Source of the DNA: Desulfurivibrionaceae bacterium
GTDB taxonomy: Bacteria > Desulfobacterota > Desulfobulbia > Desulfobulbales > JAGXFP01
Assembly: GCA_046484585.1 (NCBI GenBank)
Contig: JAWOIQ010000093.1
Span: 909 to 64,908 of the forward strand
Length of the DNA stretch: 64,000 nucleotides
Direction: 5' to 3'
Shown here piece after piece: positions 9,589 to 18,292 of the stretch. Below the pieces are notes generated by a model. It made no database searches and was not told the origin of the DNA. It saw only the letters and a list, made by a program, of their open reading frames with translations. Made by a program: the position numbers and the translations under genes. How positions within the stretch are numbered: position 1 is the stretch's first letter; each line of letters begins with the position of its first letter.

Positions 9589-11592
9589 ATGGCTGTCAAA
9601 AGAAATGGATGTGAAGGCTGTGCGGATATAACCTGCGTGTCCACCAAGGAAGTTCTCTCCCAGGATATCGCTAAGAATGTAGTCACTGCCTATGACCGGA
9701 TCGCGTCACGTGGCATGGCCGCCTGCCTGTTCGGCTCCGGCGGCACCTGCTGTAAAAACTGTAATATGGGCCCATGCCAGATCATTGATGGAGTGGAAGA
9801 GATGATCGGGGTCTGCGGGGCTACCGCCGATACGGTCGCTTCCCGGAATATCGCGAGGACGATCGCCTCCGGAACCGCAGCCCATACCGATCATGCCAGG
9901 GAAATGATCAAGGGCTTTATCGCCACCGCCAAGGGCGAAACCGAAAACGAGATCAAGGACGTCGAAAAACTGCACAAGATCGCCGCCATTTACGATATCG
10001 AGGTGGAAGGGCGGGACAAGAATGAAATCGCTCTGGAACTCGGCGAAAAGGCCTTGGCCGAATTCGGCAGTCAGACCGACGATCCGATCACCATGCTCAA
10101 AAGAGCTCCGGAGAAGCGCCAGAAAATCTGGAAAAAACTCGGCGTCGAGCCGCGCGGTTTCGACCGGGAAGTGACCGAGATGATGCATCGCACCCATATG
10201 GGGGTCGATCAGGAATATCATAATATAATGTTGCAGGCCTCCCGCTGCGCCCTTGCCGATGGCTGGGGCTCGTCAATGCTTTCCACCGAACTGACCGACA
10301 TTATGTTCGGCACCCCGGTACCCCGCCGGGCCACGGTCGATCTCGGCTGCCTCAAACCGGATCAGGTCAACATCACCGTGCACGGGCATGAGCCGCTGCT
10401 CGCCGAGGCCCTCTGTATCGCCGCCCAGGAAGAAGACATGCAGGCTCTGGCCAAGAAGGCCGGCGCCAAGGGGATCAATCTGGCCGGGGTCTGTTGTACC
10501 GGTAACGAGATCCTGATGCGCCGCGGCATTCCGGTCGCGGCAGGCTTTGTCCAGCAGGAAATGGTCCTCGCCACCGGCGCGGTCGAGGCGATGGTGGTCG
10601 ACGTCCAGTGCGTCATGCAGTCGGTGGCCCAGGTCGCCAAGAATTTCCATACCGACATCATTACCACTAACTACCGGGCCAAGATGCCGGACGCCGTTCA
10701 TATCCAGTTCGAGGAAGAAGACGCGATGGGCAGCGCCAAGGAGATCCTCAAGAAGGCCATCTCCAATTACAAGAAGCGCAGCCCGGCCGCCTTTATTCCC
10801 ATCTCCAACAAGCTCGATGTAGTTGTCGGCTTCAGCCACGAGACCATCAACTACATGCTCGGCGGCAGTTTCCGGGCCAGCTATCGGCCCTTGAACGACA
10901 ACATCATCAATGGCCGGATTCGCGGGGTAGCGGCGATCGTCGGTTGCGACAACTATAAATATTCCGATGACGCCCATGAAATCATCGCCCGGGAGTTGAT
11001 CAAGAACAATATCCTGGTCCTGGCCACCGGCTGCGCGGCCACTTCCCTGGGCAAGGCCGGGCTGCTTCGACCCGAGGCCGCCGAGTTCTGCGGCGACAGC
11101 CTCGGCGAAGTCTGCGAGACCGTCGGCATGCCGCCGGTTCTGCATATGGGCTCCTGCGTCGATAACAGCCGGATCCTGATCGCGGCCACCGAGATGGTCA
11201 GGGAAGGGGGCTTGGGCGAGGATATTTCCGACCTGCCCGCCATCGGCACCGCCCCTCTCTATATGAGTGAAAAGGCGGTGGCCATCGGCCAGTATTTCGT
11301 GGCCAGCGGCGCCCAGGTGGTTTTCCAGAGCCTTCCGGTCAGCGGTGCCAAGGAGTTCGACAAGTACATGACCGAGGGCATGATGGAGACCTACGGCGCC
11401 CACTGGAATATCGCCGAGGATCCCAAGGAAATCGCCCGGATCATGATCGAGAAGATCGAGCAGAAGCGCGAGGCCCTCGGCATCAACAAGAAATCGGAGA
11501 GGGTTCTCTTCGACATGGATATGCGTCGTGATCTCGGCAGCGGCTCCGGCATTGGCGACGTTGGTTGCACCGGTCCGCAACACAAATCATAA
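9589..11592 (+). CDS. cooS: anaerobic Ni-dependent carbon monoxide dehydrogenase catalytic subunit
   Basis: Track ORF is 9577..11592 (TTG). ATG 9589 is preferred, with GAGG 6 nt upstream. Cys-rich N-terminus (CxxC...CCKNCxxGPC) and overall CooS/AcsA-like sequence. Confidence 0.9.
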   Translation: MAVKRNGCEGCADITCVSTKEVLSQDIAKNVVTAYDRIASRGMAACLFGSGGTCCKNCNMGPCQIIDGVEEMIGVCGATADTVASRNIARTIASGTAAHTDHAREMIKGFIATAKGETENEIKDVEKLHKIAAIYDIEVEGRDKNEIALELGEKALAEFGSQTDDPITMLKRAPEKRQKIWKKLGVEPRGFDREVTEMMHRTHMGVDQEYHNIMLQASRCALADGWGSSMLSTELTDIMFGTPVPRRATVDLGCLKPDQVNITVHGHEPLLAEALCIAAQEEDMQALAKKAGAKGINLAGVCCTGNEILMRRGIPVAAGFVQQEMVLATGAVEAMVVDVQCVMQSVAQVAKNFHTDIITTNYRAKMPDAVHIQFEEEDAMGSAKEILKKAISNYKKRSPAAFIPISNKLDVVVGFSHETINYMLGGSFRASYRPLNDNIINGRIRGVAAIVGCDNYKYSDDAHEIIARELIKNNILVLATGCAATSLGKAGLLRPEAAEFCGDSLGEVCETVGMPPVLHMGSCVDNSRILIAATEMVREGGLGEDISDLPAIGTAPLYMSEKAVAIGQYFVASGAQVVFQSLPVSGAKEFDKYMTEGMMETYGAHWNIAEDPKEIARIMIEKIEQKREALGINKKSERVLFDMDMRRDLGSGSGIGDVGCTGPQHKS

Positions 11593-11601
11593 AGCATATA
11601 T

Positions 11602-11657
11602 TATACCTACAGGGCATAAGTTTCGTTTGAGCAGACAAGCTGCTCAACTCAGCTTTA
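11602..11657 (+). repeat. R1 dispersed repeat, copy 1 (hairpin core GAGCAG-ACAAG-CTGCTC)
   Basis: TATACCTACAGGGCATAAGTTTCGTTTGAGCAGACAAGCTGCTCAACTCAGCTTTA. Starts 10 nt after the cooS stop and ends 29 nt before ATG 11687. Confidence 0.85.
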
Positions 11658-11686
11658 ATAATTGAATTCAAGGATACAGATATCAG

Positions 11687-14320
11687 ATGAAATCGGGTAG
11701 CCGTCTAGAACGGATTCTAAATTCAGGTGGTTTTGCCGTGACCGGCGAACTTGGGCCGCCGAAGAGTGGTGATCCGGAAGTTGTTCGAGAGAAGGCGCGT
11801 CTTCTTAAGGGTAATGTCGATGCCGTCAATATAACCGATTGCCAGACCGCTATTGTCAGGATGTCCAGCATCGGGGCCGGACTGATCACCCTCTCCGAGG
11901 GGGTCGAACCGGTAATTCAGATGACCTGCCGGGACCGGAACCGAATCGGCATGCAGAGCGATATCCTAGGGGCCGCCGCCCTGGGTCTGAAAAATCTGCT
12001 TTGTCTGACCGGCGATCACCAGAAATTCGGCAACCATCCCGGCGCCAAAGGGGTCTTCGACATGGACTCTATCCAGCTTTTGGGGATGGTCAGGGAGATG
12101 CGGGATGAAAAAAGGTTTCAGAGCGGCGACGAAATCAAAAACCACGAACCCCGGCTGTTTTTAGGGGCCGCCGCCAATCCCTTTGCCGAACCGGCCGACT
12201 ACCGGGCAGCCCGCCTGGGCAAGAAAGTTGCCAACGGAGCCGATTTCATCCAGACCCAGATCGTCTACAACGTCGATAAATTCAGGCAGTTCATGAAAAT
12301 GGTCTGCGATCTCGGTATCGACGAAAATGTTCACATCCTTGCCGGGGTTACGCCGCCCCGTTCCATCGGCATGGCCCGCTACATGAAAAATTTCGTCCCC
12401 GGCATGGATGTGCCGGACGAGGTTATCGACCGCCTCCGGGGGGCCGCCGACAAGGAGGATGAAGGCATTAATATTTGTGTCGACATTATCAACCAGGTCA
12501 AGGAGATCAAGGGCATCTCCGGCGTCCATATCATGGCCATCGAATGGGAAAGCGCGGTACCGGAGATCGTCAAACGGGCCGGTCTCGCCGATCGTCCGCG
12601 CTTTGACGATGAGCTTGCCACGGTGAGCCCACCCCGGGATACGCAAGTAGTTATCGGTGAAGCGAAAACCGCCGAGTCAGCCGAAGATAAAGACGAGATT
12701 ATTGCGGCGGCCAGGATCGAGGCGGAGAAGTTGATCGCCGAAGCCAGGGAAGAGGTCGCCAGAATGCGGACCCAAGCCGCTTCGACCGCCACCCCGACAA
12801 CCACTGTTCACGAAAGTATTGAATCAGACGATGCAGGAGAACACGAAATGAACGAAAGAGAACGTCAGATGGCTCTTGAAACGGTCCGGACCGGCCTTGA
12901 TGCCCTTAAAAAGTCCTTCGGACTGTCCAATGATCAATTTGAGGCCCTGGTTAAATTTGCCACTACCGAAGCTATTTTAATGAAGGAACCGCCGACCGGC
13001 GCCGCCGCAGCTTCGGCTCCTGCCACGCCGGCGAAACCGGCCGCTGCCGCGGAAACAACTCCGGCTGCGTCTGCCCGTCCTGCTCAGCCTGCTCCCGCGG
13101 TTGACACGGCCAAGGAAGAGGAAGCCAAGGCAGCTGCCGAATCCGCCAGAAAGGCCGAACTTGAGAAGAAAGCGGTGGAGGAAGCGGCCAGGAAGGCAGA
13201 GCTGGAGAAACAGGCTGCTGCCGAAACCGTTCCGCCGAAAGAGGTTAAAAAGGAAGCTGAACCTTCCGAGGCCAAGAAGAGCGCCGCCAAGCCCTCGGTC
13301 AAAAAGACCGGCGGCGGCGAAGCAGCCGGGGCTACCGCCCTGGCCCATGAGGAAACTCCCCTGGCCGAGCGTTCCACCAAGGTTGCCGAAGATAATTACA
13401 AAGTCAAATACACCGGCAAGATCAGGGAGACCGTTCTCGGCAGCGGTGACCATACCGTCAAGGTCGGCGGCGCCGATACCATGCCGTTCCAGCTCTATGA
13501 AGGCGAGATGCCGAACAAGCCCCTGATCGCCATGGACATTCTCGACTATGAGCCCGATGAATGGCCCGAGACCCTGACCCGCCATTTTGCCGGAGTGATG
13601 GACAACCCCCTGAACTGGGCCCGGAAATGCATCGATGATTATCAGGCCGAAGCCATCTGCCTGTCGCTGATGAGCACCGACCCCAACGGTATGAACCGCT
13701 CCGCCGCCGATGCGGCGAAAATCGCCGCCGAGGTCGTGAATAATATTGAAGTGCCCCTGATCCTCTGGGGCTGTGGCAACAGTGACAAGGATACCGAAAC
13801 CCTGCGGGAGATCACCTCCCTGGTCGGCGACAAGAAGGTCTGCCTGGCGCCGCTGTCCGATGCGAACTATCGCTCGATCGGCGCGACCGCCATGGCCTTT
13901 CATCACCCGATGGTTGCCGCTTCTCCCATTGACGTAAACCTTGCCAAGCAGTTGAATATTCTCCTCGAAAATCTCGGGGTTTCCCTTGATTCGGTCCTGA
14001 TCGATCCGTCCATCGGCGCCCTCGGTTACGGCATTGAATATACTTATTCGGTTATGGAACGGATTCGGCTGGCGGCAATGACCCAGCAGGACGAGAAACT
14101 GCAGGTGCCCTTTATCTGCAATCTCGGGCGCGAGGTCTGGAAGGCCAAGGAAACCAAATTGCCGACCGACGAGCTTCTCGGCGATCAAGAACGACGCGGC
14201 GTTCTGATGGAAGCCATGACCGCTTCCTGCATGCTGGTTGCCGGCGGAGAGGTTCTGATCATGCGGCATCCGCAGGCCATCGCGCTCACCAAGTCCCTGA
14301 TTGACGGACTTGTTGATTAA
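11687..14320 (+). CDS. metF/acsD: fusion protein: MetF-type methylene-THF reductase (N-term), A/P/E/K-rich linker, corrinoid Fe-S protein small subunit AcsD/CdhD (C-term)
   Basis: 877 aa uninterrupted ORF. Residues 1-~300 are MTHFR-family (LTGDH, ADFIQTQIVYN). Residues ~300-560 are low complexity with a duplicated ARKAELEK. Residues ~565-877 are the CdhD/AcsD TIM barrel (LILWGCGN, IDPSIGALGYGIEYTYS). Confidence 0.8.
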   Translation: MKSGSRLERILNSGGFAVTGELGPPKSGDPEVVREKARLLKGNVDAVNITDCQTAIVRMSSIGAGLITLSEGVEPVIQMTCRDRNRIGMQSDILGAAALGLKNLLCLTGDHQKFGNHPGAKGVFDMDSIQLLGMVREMRDEKRFQSGDEIKNHEPRLFLGAAANPFAEPADYRAARLGKKVANGADFIQTQIVYNVDKFRQFMKMVCDLGIDENVHILAGVTPPRSIGMARYMKNFVPGMDVPDEVIDRLRGAADKEDEGINICVDIINQVKEIKGISGVHIMAIEWESAVPEIVKRAGLADRPRFDDELATVSPPRDTQVVIGEAKTAESAEDKDEIIAAARIEAEKLIAEAREEVARMRTQAASTATPTTTVHESIESDDAGEHEMNERERQMALETVRTGLDALKKSFGLSNDQFEALVKFATTEAILMKEPPTGAAAASAPATPAKPAAAAETTPAASARPAQPAPAVDTAKEEEAKAAAESARKAELEKKAVEEAARKAELEKQAAAETVPPKEVKKEAEPSEAKKSAAKPSVKKTGGGEAAGATALAHEETPLAERSTKVAEDNYKVKYTGKIRETVLGSGDHTVKVGGADTMPFQLYEGEMPNKPLIAMDILDYEPDEWPETLTRHFAGVMDNPLNWARKCIDDYQAEAICLSLMSTDPNGMNRSAADAAKIAAEVVNNIEVPLILWGCGNSDKDTETLREITSLVGDKKVCLAPLSDANYRSIGATAMAFHHPMVAASPIDVNLAKQLNILLENLGVSLDSVLIDPSIGALGYGIEYTYSVMERIRLAAMTQQDEKLQVPFICNLGREVWKAKETKLPTDELLGDQERRGVLMEAMTASCMLVAGGEVLIMRHPQAIALTKSLIDGLVD

Positions 14321-14387
14321 ATAGATTAGCGTGCAACCTGGTTTAGCACCGCAATGCCCAAATCATAAAAATATCAGGAGTTAAAAA

Positions 14388-16592
14388 ATGTCCAAGATTA
14401 TCTGTTCAGCCGCCATAAGGGGCGCTCACAAGATTATCGATATGGCCGAAGAGAAGTACGAAGAAGCCATCAAGAAATACGGTCCGGAACAGGAAGTCGC
14501 TTTTCCGAATACCGCCTACTTTCTGCCTGTGATTTATTCAATGCTGGGCGCCAAGGTAACCAATCTGGGCGACATGAAGGATATTTTCCTTGAAACCCGC
14601 AAATTACTGCCTCCCCAGGTGACGGACAATCTCTGGCTGCCATACCTGGCGCCCGCCCTCGACGCCGGCATGGCGACCTTTTTCGCCGAGGAGATGTTTG
14701 AGGCGATCCGTTATCTGGAGAACGGCGAATTCTACACCCAAACCGAGGATCCCTCGGCCGAGAATCTCTGGCTGGGCGCCGCGGACGACGTTATCTTCCG
14801 GAAGAGGGGGGTTGAATTTGTCGACGGCACCGCTCCCGGTTTCGCCGCCATCATGGGAGCGCCGCCCAACAAGGACGTGGCCAGCAAGATTGCCTTGGAA
14901 CTTCAGGAAAAAAATCTCTACATCTTCATGCACGACGAATCAGACGGAGTGCGGATGCCCGAACAGCTGGTCAACAACGATGTCCAGGTCGGCTGGGGGA
15001 CTCGGCTGGTGCCTTTCGGCCCGACCTATACCTCCGCGGTTTTCGCCATCGGCTTTGCCTGCCGGGTGGCCATGGCCTTCGGCGGCATCAAACCGGGCGA
15101 TTACCGGGGCAATCTGATCTATAACAAGAACCGCACCTTTGCTTTCGTCATGGCTTTCGGTCCGGTTTGCGACGAATGGTACGCCAATGCGGCCGGCGCC
15201 ATCAACTGGGGTTTCCCGACCATCTCGGACTACGATATTCCCGAAGTCCTGCCCACCGGAATCTGCACTTACGAACACGTGGTCAGCAACATCCCCCACG
15301 ACGAGATCGTCCAGAAGGCCATTGAAGTCCGGGGCCTGAAGGTCAATATCACCAAGATCGATATTCCGATGTCTTTCGGTCCCGCCTTTGAGGGTGAACG
15401 GATCCGTAAGGACGATCTGTTCATGGAATGCGGCGGCGGCCGGACCAACGGCGTCGAAGTCCTGATCTCCAAGGATCTCGACGAGGTGGAGGATGGCCGG
15501 GTTACCGTGGAAGGACCCGACATTAAAGATATTGAAGCAGGCCAGAACCTGCCGCTCGCCATACTGGTCGAAGTAGCCGGCCGCGAGATGCAGTCGGATT
15601 TCGAGCCGATTCTCGAACGCCAGTTCCATCACCTGATCAACTATATCCAGGGCATCATGCACATGGGCCAGCGTAATATCATGTGGGTCAGAATCGGCAA
15701 GGCCGCGGTCGAAAAGGGCTTCTCTTTCGAACATTTCGGCCGGGTCCTGCACGGCAAGCTCCACCAGGAGTTCGGTGCGATTGTCGATAAGATCCAGGTC
15801 AAGATCTATACCACCGATGAAAAGGTCCAGGAAATTACCGATCTGGCCCGCAATGTCTACGATGAACGTGACAAACGGCTGGGCAGCATGACCGACGAAA
15901 CCGAGGAAGTGTTCTACAGCTGCACCCTGTGCCAGTCTTTCGCTCCCAGTCATGTCTGCATTATCACCCCGGAAAGGATCGGGATGTGCGGCGCTTATAA
16001 CTGGCTGGACGGCAAGGCCTCCTACCAGATCAACCCGACCGGCCCCAACCAGCCGATCGAAAAGGGTGAGTGCCTTGACGAGGCCCTGGGCGTTTTCAAA
16101 GGTATTAACGATTTCGTCTCCCAGGCCTCCCGTGGCGCGGTAACCGATCTGTCCTGCTACTCGCTGATGACCGATCCGATGACCGCCTGCGGCTGTTTCG
16201 AAGCGATTGCCGCCATGCTCCCCCAGTGCAACGGCATCATGGTGGTCAACCGCGATTACATGGGCATGACCCCGAGCGGCATGAAGTTCACCACCCTGGC
16301 TGGCATGGCCGGCGGCGGCGCCCAGACTCCGGGTTTCATGGGGGTCAGCAAGCATTATATGACCAGCCGCAAGCTGTTCATGGCCGAAGGCGGTCTTGAG
16401 CGCGTGGTCTGGCTGCCCAAATCAATGAAGGACGAGATTGCCGACAAGCTCAAGGAATGTTGCGCGGAGATCGGCAAACCGGAACTCTTCGACATGATCG
16501 CCACCGAGGAGAACGGCACCACAGAGGAAGAAATCCTCAAGTTTCTCCAGGAAAAAGGCCATCCCGCCCTCTCCATGGAATCGGTCGTTTAA
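14388..16592 (+). CDS. acsB: acetyl-CoA synthase (A-cluster subunit of CODH/ACS)
   Basis: 734 aa with the A-cluster Cys region FYSCTLCQSFAPSHVCIITPERIGMCGAYNWLDGKA and a later CGCFE motif. AGGAG RBS. Confidence 0.92.
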   Translation: MSKIICSAAIRGAHKIIDMAEEKYEEAIKKYGPEQEVAFPNTAYFLPVIYSMLGAKVTNLGDMKDIFLETRKLLPPQVTDNLWLPYLAPALDAGMATFFAEEMFEAIRYLENGEFYTQTEDPSAENLWLGAADDVIFRKRGVEFVDGTAPGFAAIMGAPPNKDVASKIALELQEKNLYIFMHDESDGVRMPEQLVNNDVQVGWGTRLVPFGPTYTSAVFAIGFACRVAMAFGGIKPGDYRGNLIYNKNRTFAFVMAFGPVCDEWYANAAGAINWGFPTISDYDIPEVLPTGICTYEHVVSNIPHDEIVQKAIEVRGLKVNITKIDIPMSFGPAFEGERIRKDDLFMECGGGRTNGVEVLISKDLDEVEDGRVTVEGPDIKDIEAGQNLPLAILVEVAGREMQSDFEPILERQFHHLINYIQGIMHMGQRNIMWVRIGKAAVEKGFSFEHFGRVLHGKLHQEFGAIVDKIQVKIYTTDEKVQEITDLARNVYDERDKRLGSMTDETEEVFYSCTLCQSFAPSHVCIITPERIGMCGAYNWLDGKASYQINPTGPNQPIEKGECLDEALGVFKGINDFVSQASRGAVTDLSCYSLMTDPMTACGCFEAIAAMLPQCNGIMVVNRDYMGMTPSGMKFTTLAGMAGGGAQTPGFMGVSKHYMTSRKLFMAEGGLERVVWLPKSMKDEIADKLKECCAEIGKPELFDMIATEENGTTEEEILKFLQEKGHPALSMESVV

Positions 16593-16594
16593 TG

Positions 16595-16702
16595 GTAACC
16601 GCTCAGCAGCACCACATCTTTGGACAAGCTGCCCGGCTTACGTACACGAGGTACGCGGCGCCGGTCCGCTTGTCCAAATCTGCACCACTGCTGAACGGTT
16701 AC
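16595..16702 (+). other. 108 nt extended imperfect hairpin in the acsB-acsC spacer
   Basis: Outer arms 16595-16609 and 16688-16702 pair 15 bp with 1 mismatch. Inner arms 16619-16629 and 16668-16678 pair 11 bp perfectly. The apical part has CCGGC/GCCGG and CGTAC/GTACG pairings. Confidence 0.6.
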
Positions 16703-16807
16703 AGTCTGGTGGTTTTGGATACTTTGGTGACCGCCCCGGTGAACGGTTATGTTTAACGGATTAAATCAAACAAATTTTCAAGTTATATATGATGGAGGAA
16801 TAGAACG

Positions 16808-18163
16808 ATGGCTTTAACCGGAATACAGATCCTCAAAATGCTTCCCAAGAAAAACTGCGGGGAGTGTGCGATTCCGACCTGTCTCGCTTTCGCTATGAAA
16901 GTAGCCGCCGGCCAATCCGAGATCGGCGAGTGTCCTTATGTAAGCGACGAGGTCAAGGAACAGATAGGTGAAGCATCGGCTCCTCCGATCAGGACCGTTA
17001 AAATCGGCAGCGCCGACGCCCCCTTCACCATGGGCGGCGAGACCTGCCTCTACCGCCATGAAAAAAGGTTTGAGAATCAGACCGGACTCGGTGTTCTGGT
17101 TACCACCGAAATGGCTGACGCCGATGTCGACGGCCGGGTTGAGCGCTTTAATTCCCTGCGCTACGACCGGGTCGGCGTCGAGATGAAGGCTGATCTTGTC
17201 GCCGTAAAGGATGCCAAATCGGATGAAGCCTCCTTTGTCGCCCTTACCAAAAAAGTTCTGGAAGGCGCCAAGGATGCCAAACTGATATTGATCAGCGACA
17301 GTGCCGCCCATCTGACCGCGGCCGCCAAGGCCTGCGGCGATCGGAAACCGCTGCTTTACGGGGCGACCCTCGATAACGCCTCCGAAATGGCCGGGGCCGC
17401 GAAAGAGACCGGCTGTGCCCTGGCGGTTAAAGGCGCCAATCTCGACAACACCGTCGAAATCACCGAAAAGCTCATGGGGGAAGGTCTCAAGGATCTGGCC
17501 ATCGATACCGGCGCCCGCACCATCCGCGCCTCCCTGGAAGATAACATTGTGGCCCGCAAGGCGGCGGTTACCAAAAAGTTCAAGCCGCTCGGTTTTCCGA
17601 CCGTCAATTTCCCCTGCGAGATGACCGACGATCTGATGATGGAGTCAATGATCTCCTCGGTTTTGATCGCCAAGTATGCCGGCATCATCATCCTTTCCGA
17701 TCTGCAGGGGGACACCCTGTTCCCGCTCTTCCTGGAAAGGCTCAATATCTTTACCGATCCCCAGCGGCCGATGGTGGTCGAGGAGGACATCTATCCCGTT
17801 AATGGTCCGGATGAGAATTCTCCGGTTATTATTACCTGCAACTTCTCGCTGACCTACTTTATCGTTTCCGGCGAAGTTGAAAGCAGCAAGGTGCCGACCT
17901 GGCTGCTGATCAAGGATACAGAGGGTCTCTCGGTTCTTACTGCCTGGGCCGCCGGAAAATTCGGCGCCGATATGATCGCTCAGTTTATGAAAAAATCGGG
18001 AATCGCCGACAAAGTCAAGCATCGCGACTTGATTATCCCCGGTTACCTGGCCTCCATGAAAGGCGAATTGGAAGAAGAGCTGCCGGACTGGACCATCCTC
18101 ATCGGTCCTCGGGAAGCGGGTCATCTCCCCGCATTCTTGAAGGAATGGAAACCGGCCAACTGA
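16808..18163 (+). CDS. acsC: corrinoid iron-sulfur protein large subunit
   Basis: 451 aa with the N-terminal [4Fe-4S] motif LPKKNCGECAIPTCLAFA and a CdhE/AcsC-like body. GGAGG RBS. Confidence 0.9.
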   Translation: MALTGIQILKMLPKKNCGECAIPTCLAFAMKVAAGQSEIGECPYVSDEVKEQIGEASAPPIRTVKIGSADAPFTMGGETCLYRHEKRFENQTGLGVLVTTEMADADVDGRVERFNSLRYDRVGVEMKADLVAVKDAKSDEASFVALTKKVLEGAKDAKLILISDSAAHLTAAAKACGDRKPLLYGATLDNASEMAGAAKETGCALAVKGANLDNTVEITEKLMGEGLKDLAIDTGARTIRASLEDNIVARKAAVTKKFKPLGFPTVNFPCEMTDDLMMESMISSVLIAKYAGIIILSDLQGDTLFPLFLERLNIFTDPQRPMVVEEDIYPVNGPDENSPVIITCNFSLTYFIVSGEVESSKVPTWLLIKDTEGLSVLTAWAAGKFGADMIAQFMKKSGIADKVKHRDLIIPGYLASMKGELEEELPDWTILIGPREAGHLPAFLKEWKPAN

Positions 18164-18292
18164 TTCCGCCTCTGTTTGGCTTAAGGGGGATGATGTATTA
18201 ATTTATAGTTTTACCCCGTCGGATTCGGCAAGACCGTTTTCTCCGCCTTAAAAATCTCGGGCTGGAAACTCCCGGCTCTGATAACCCGGATT

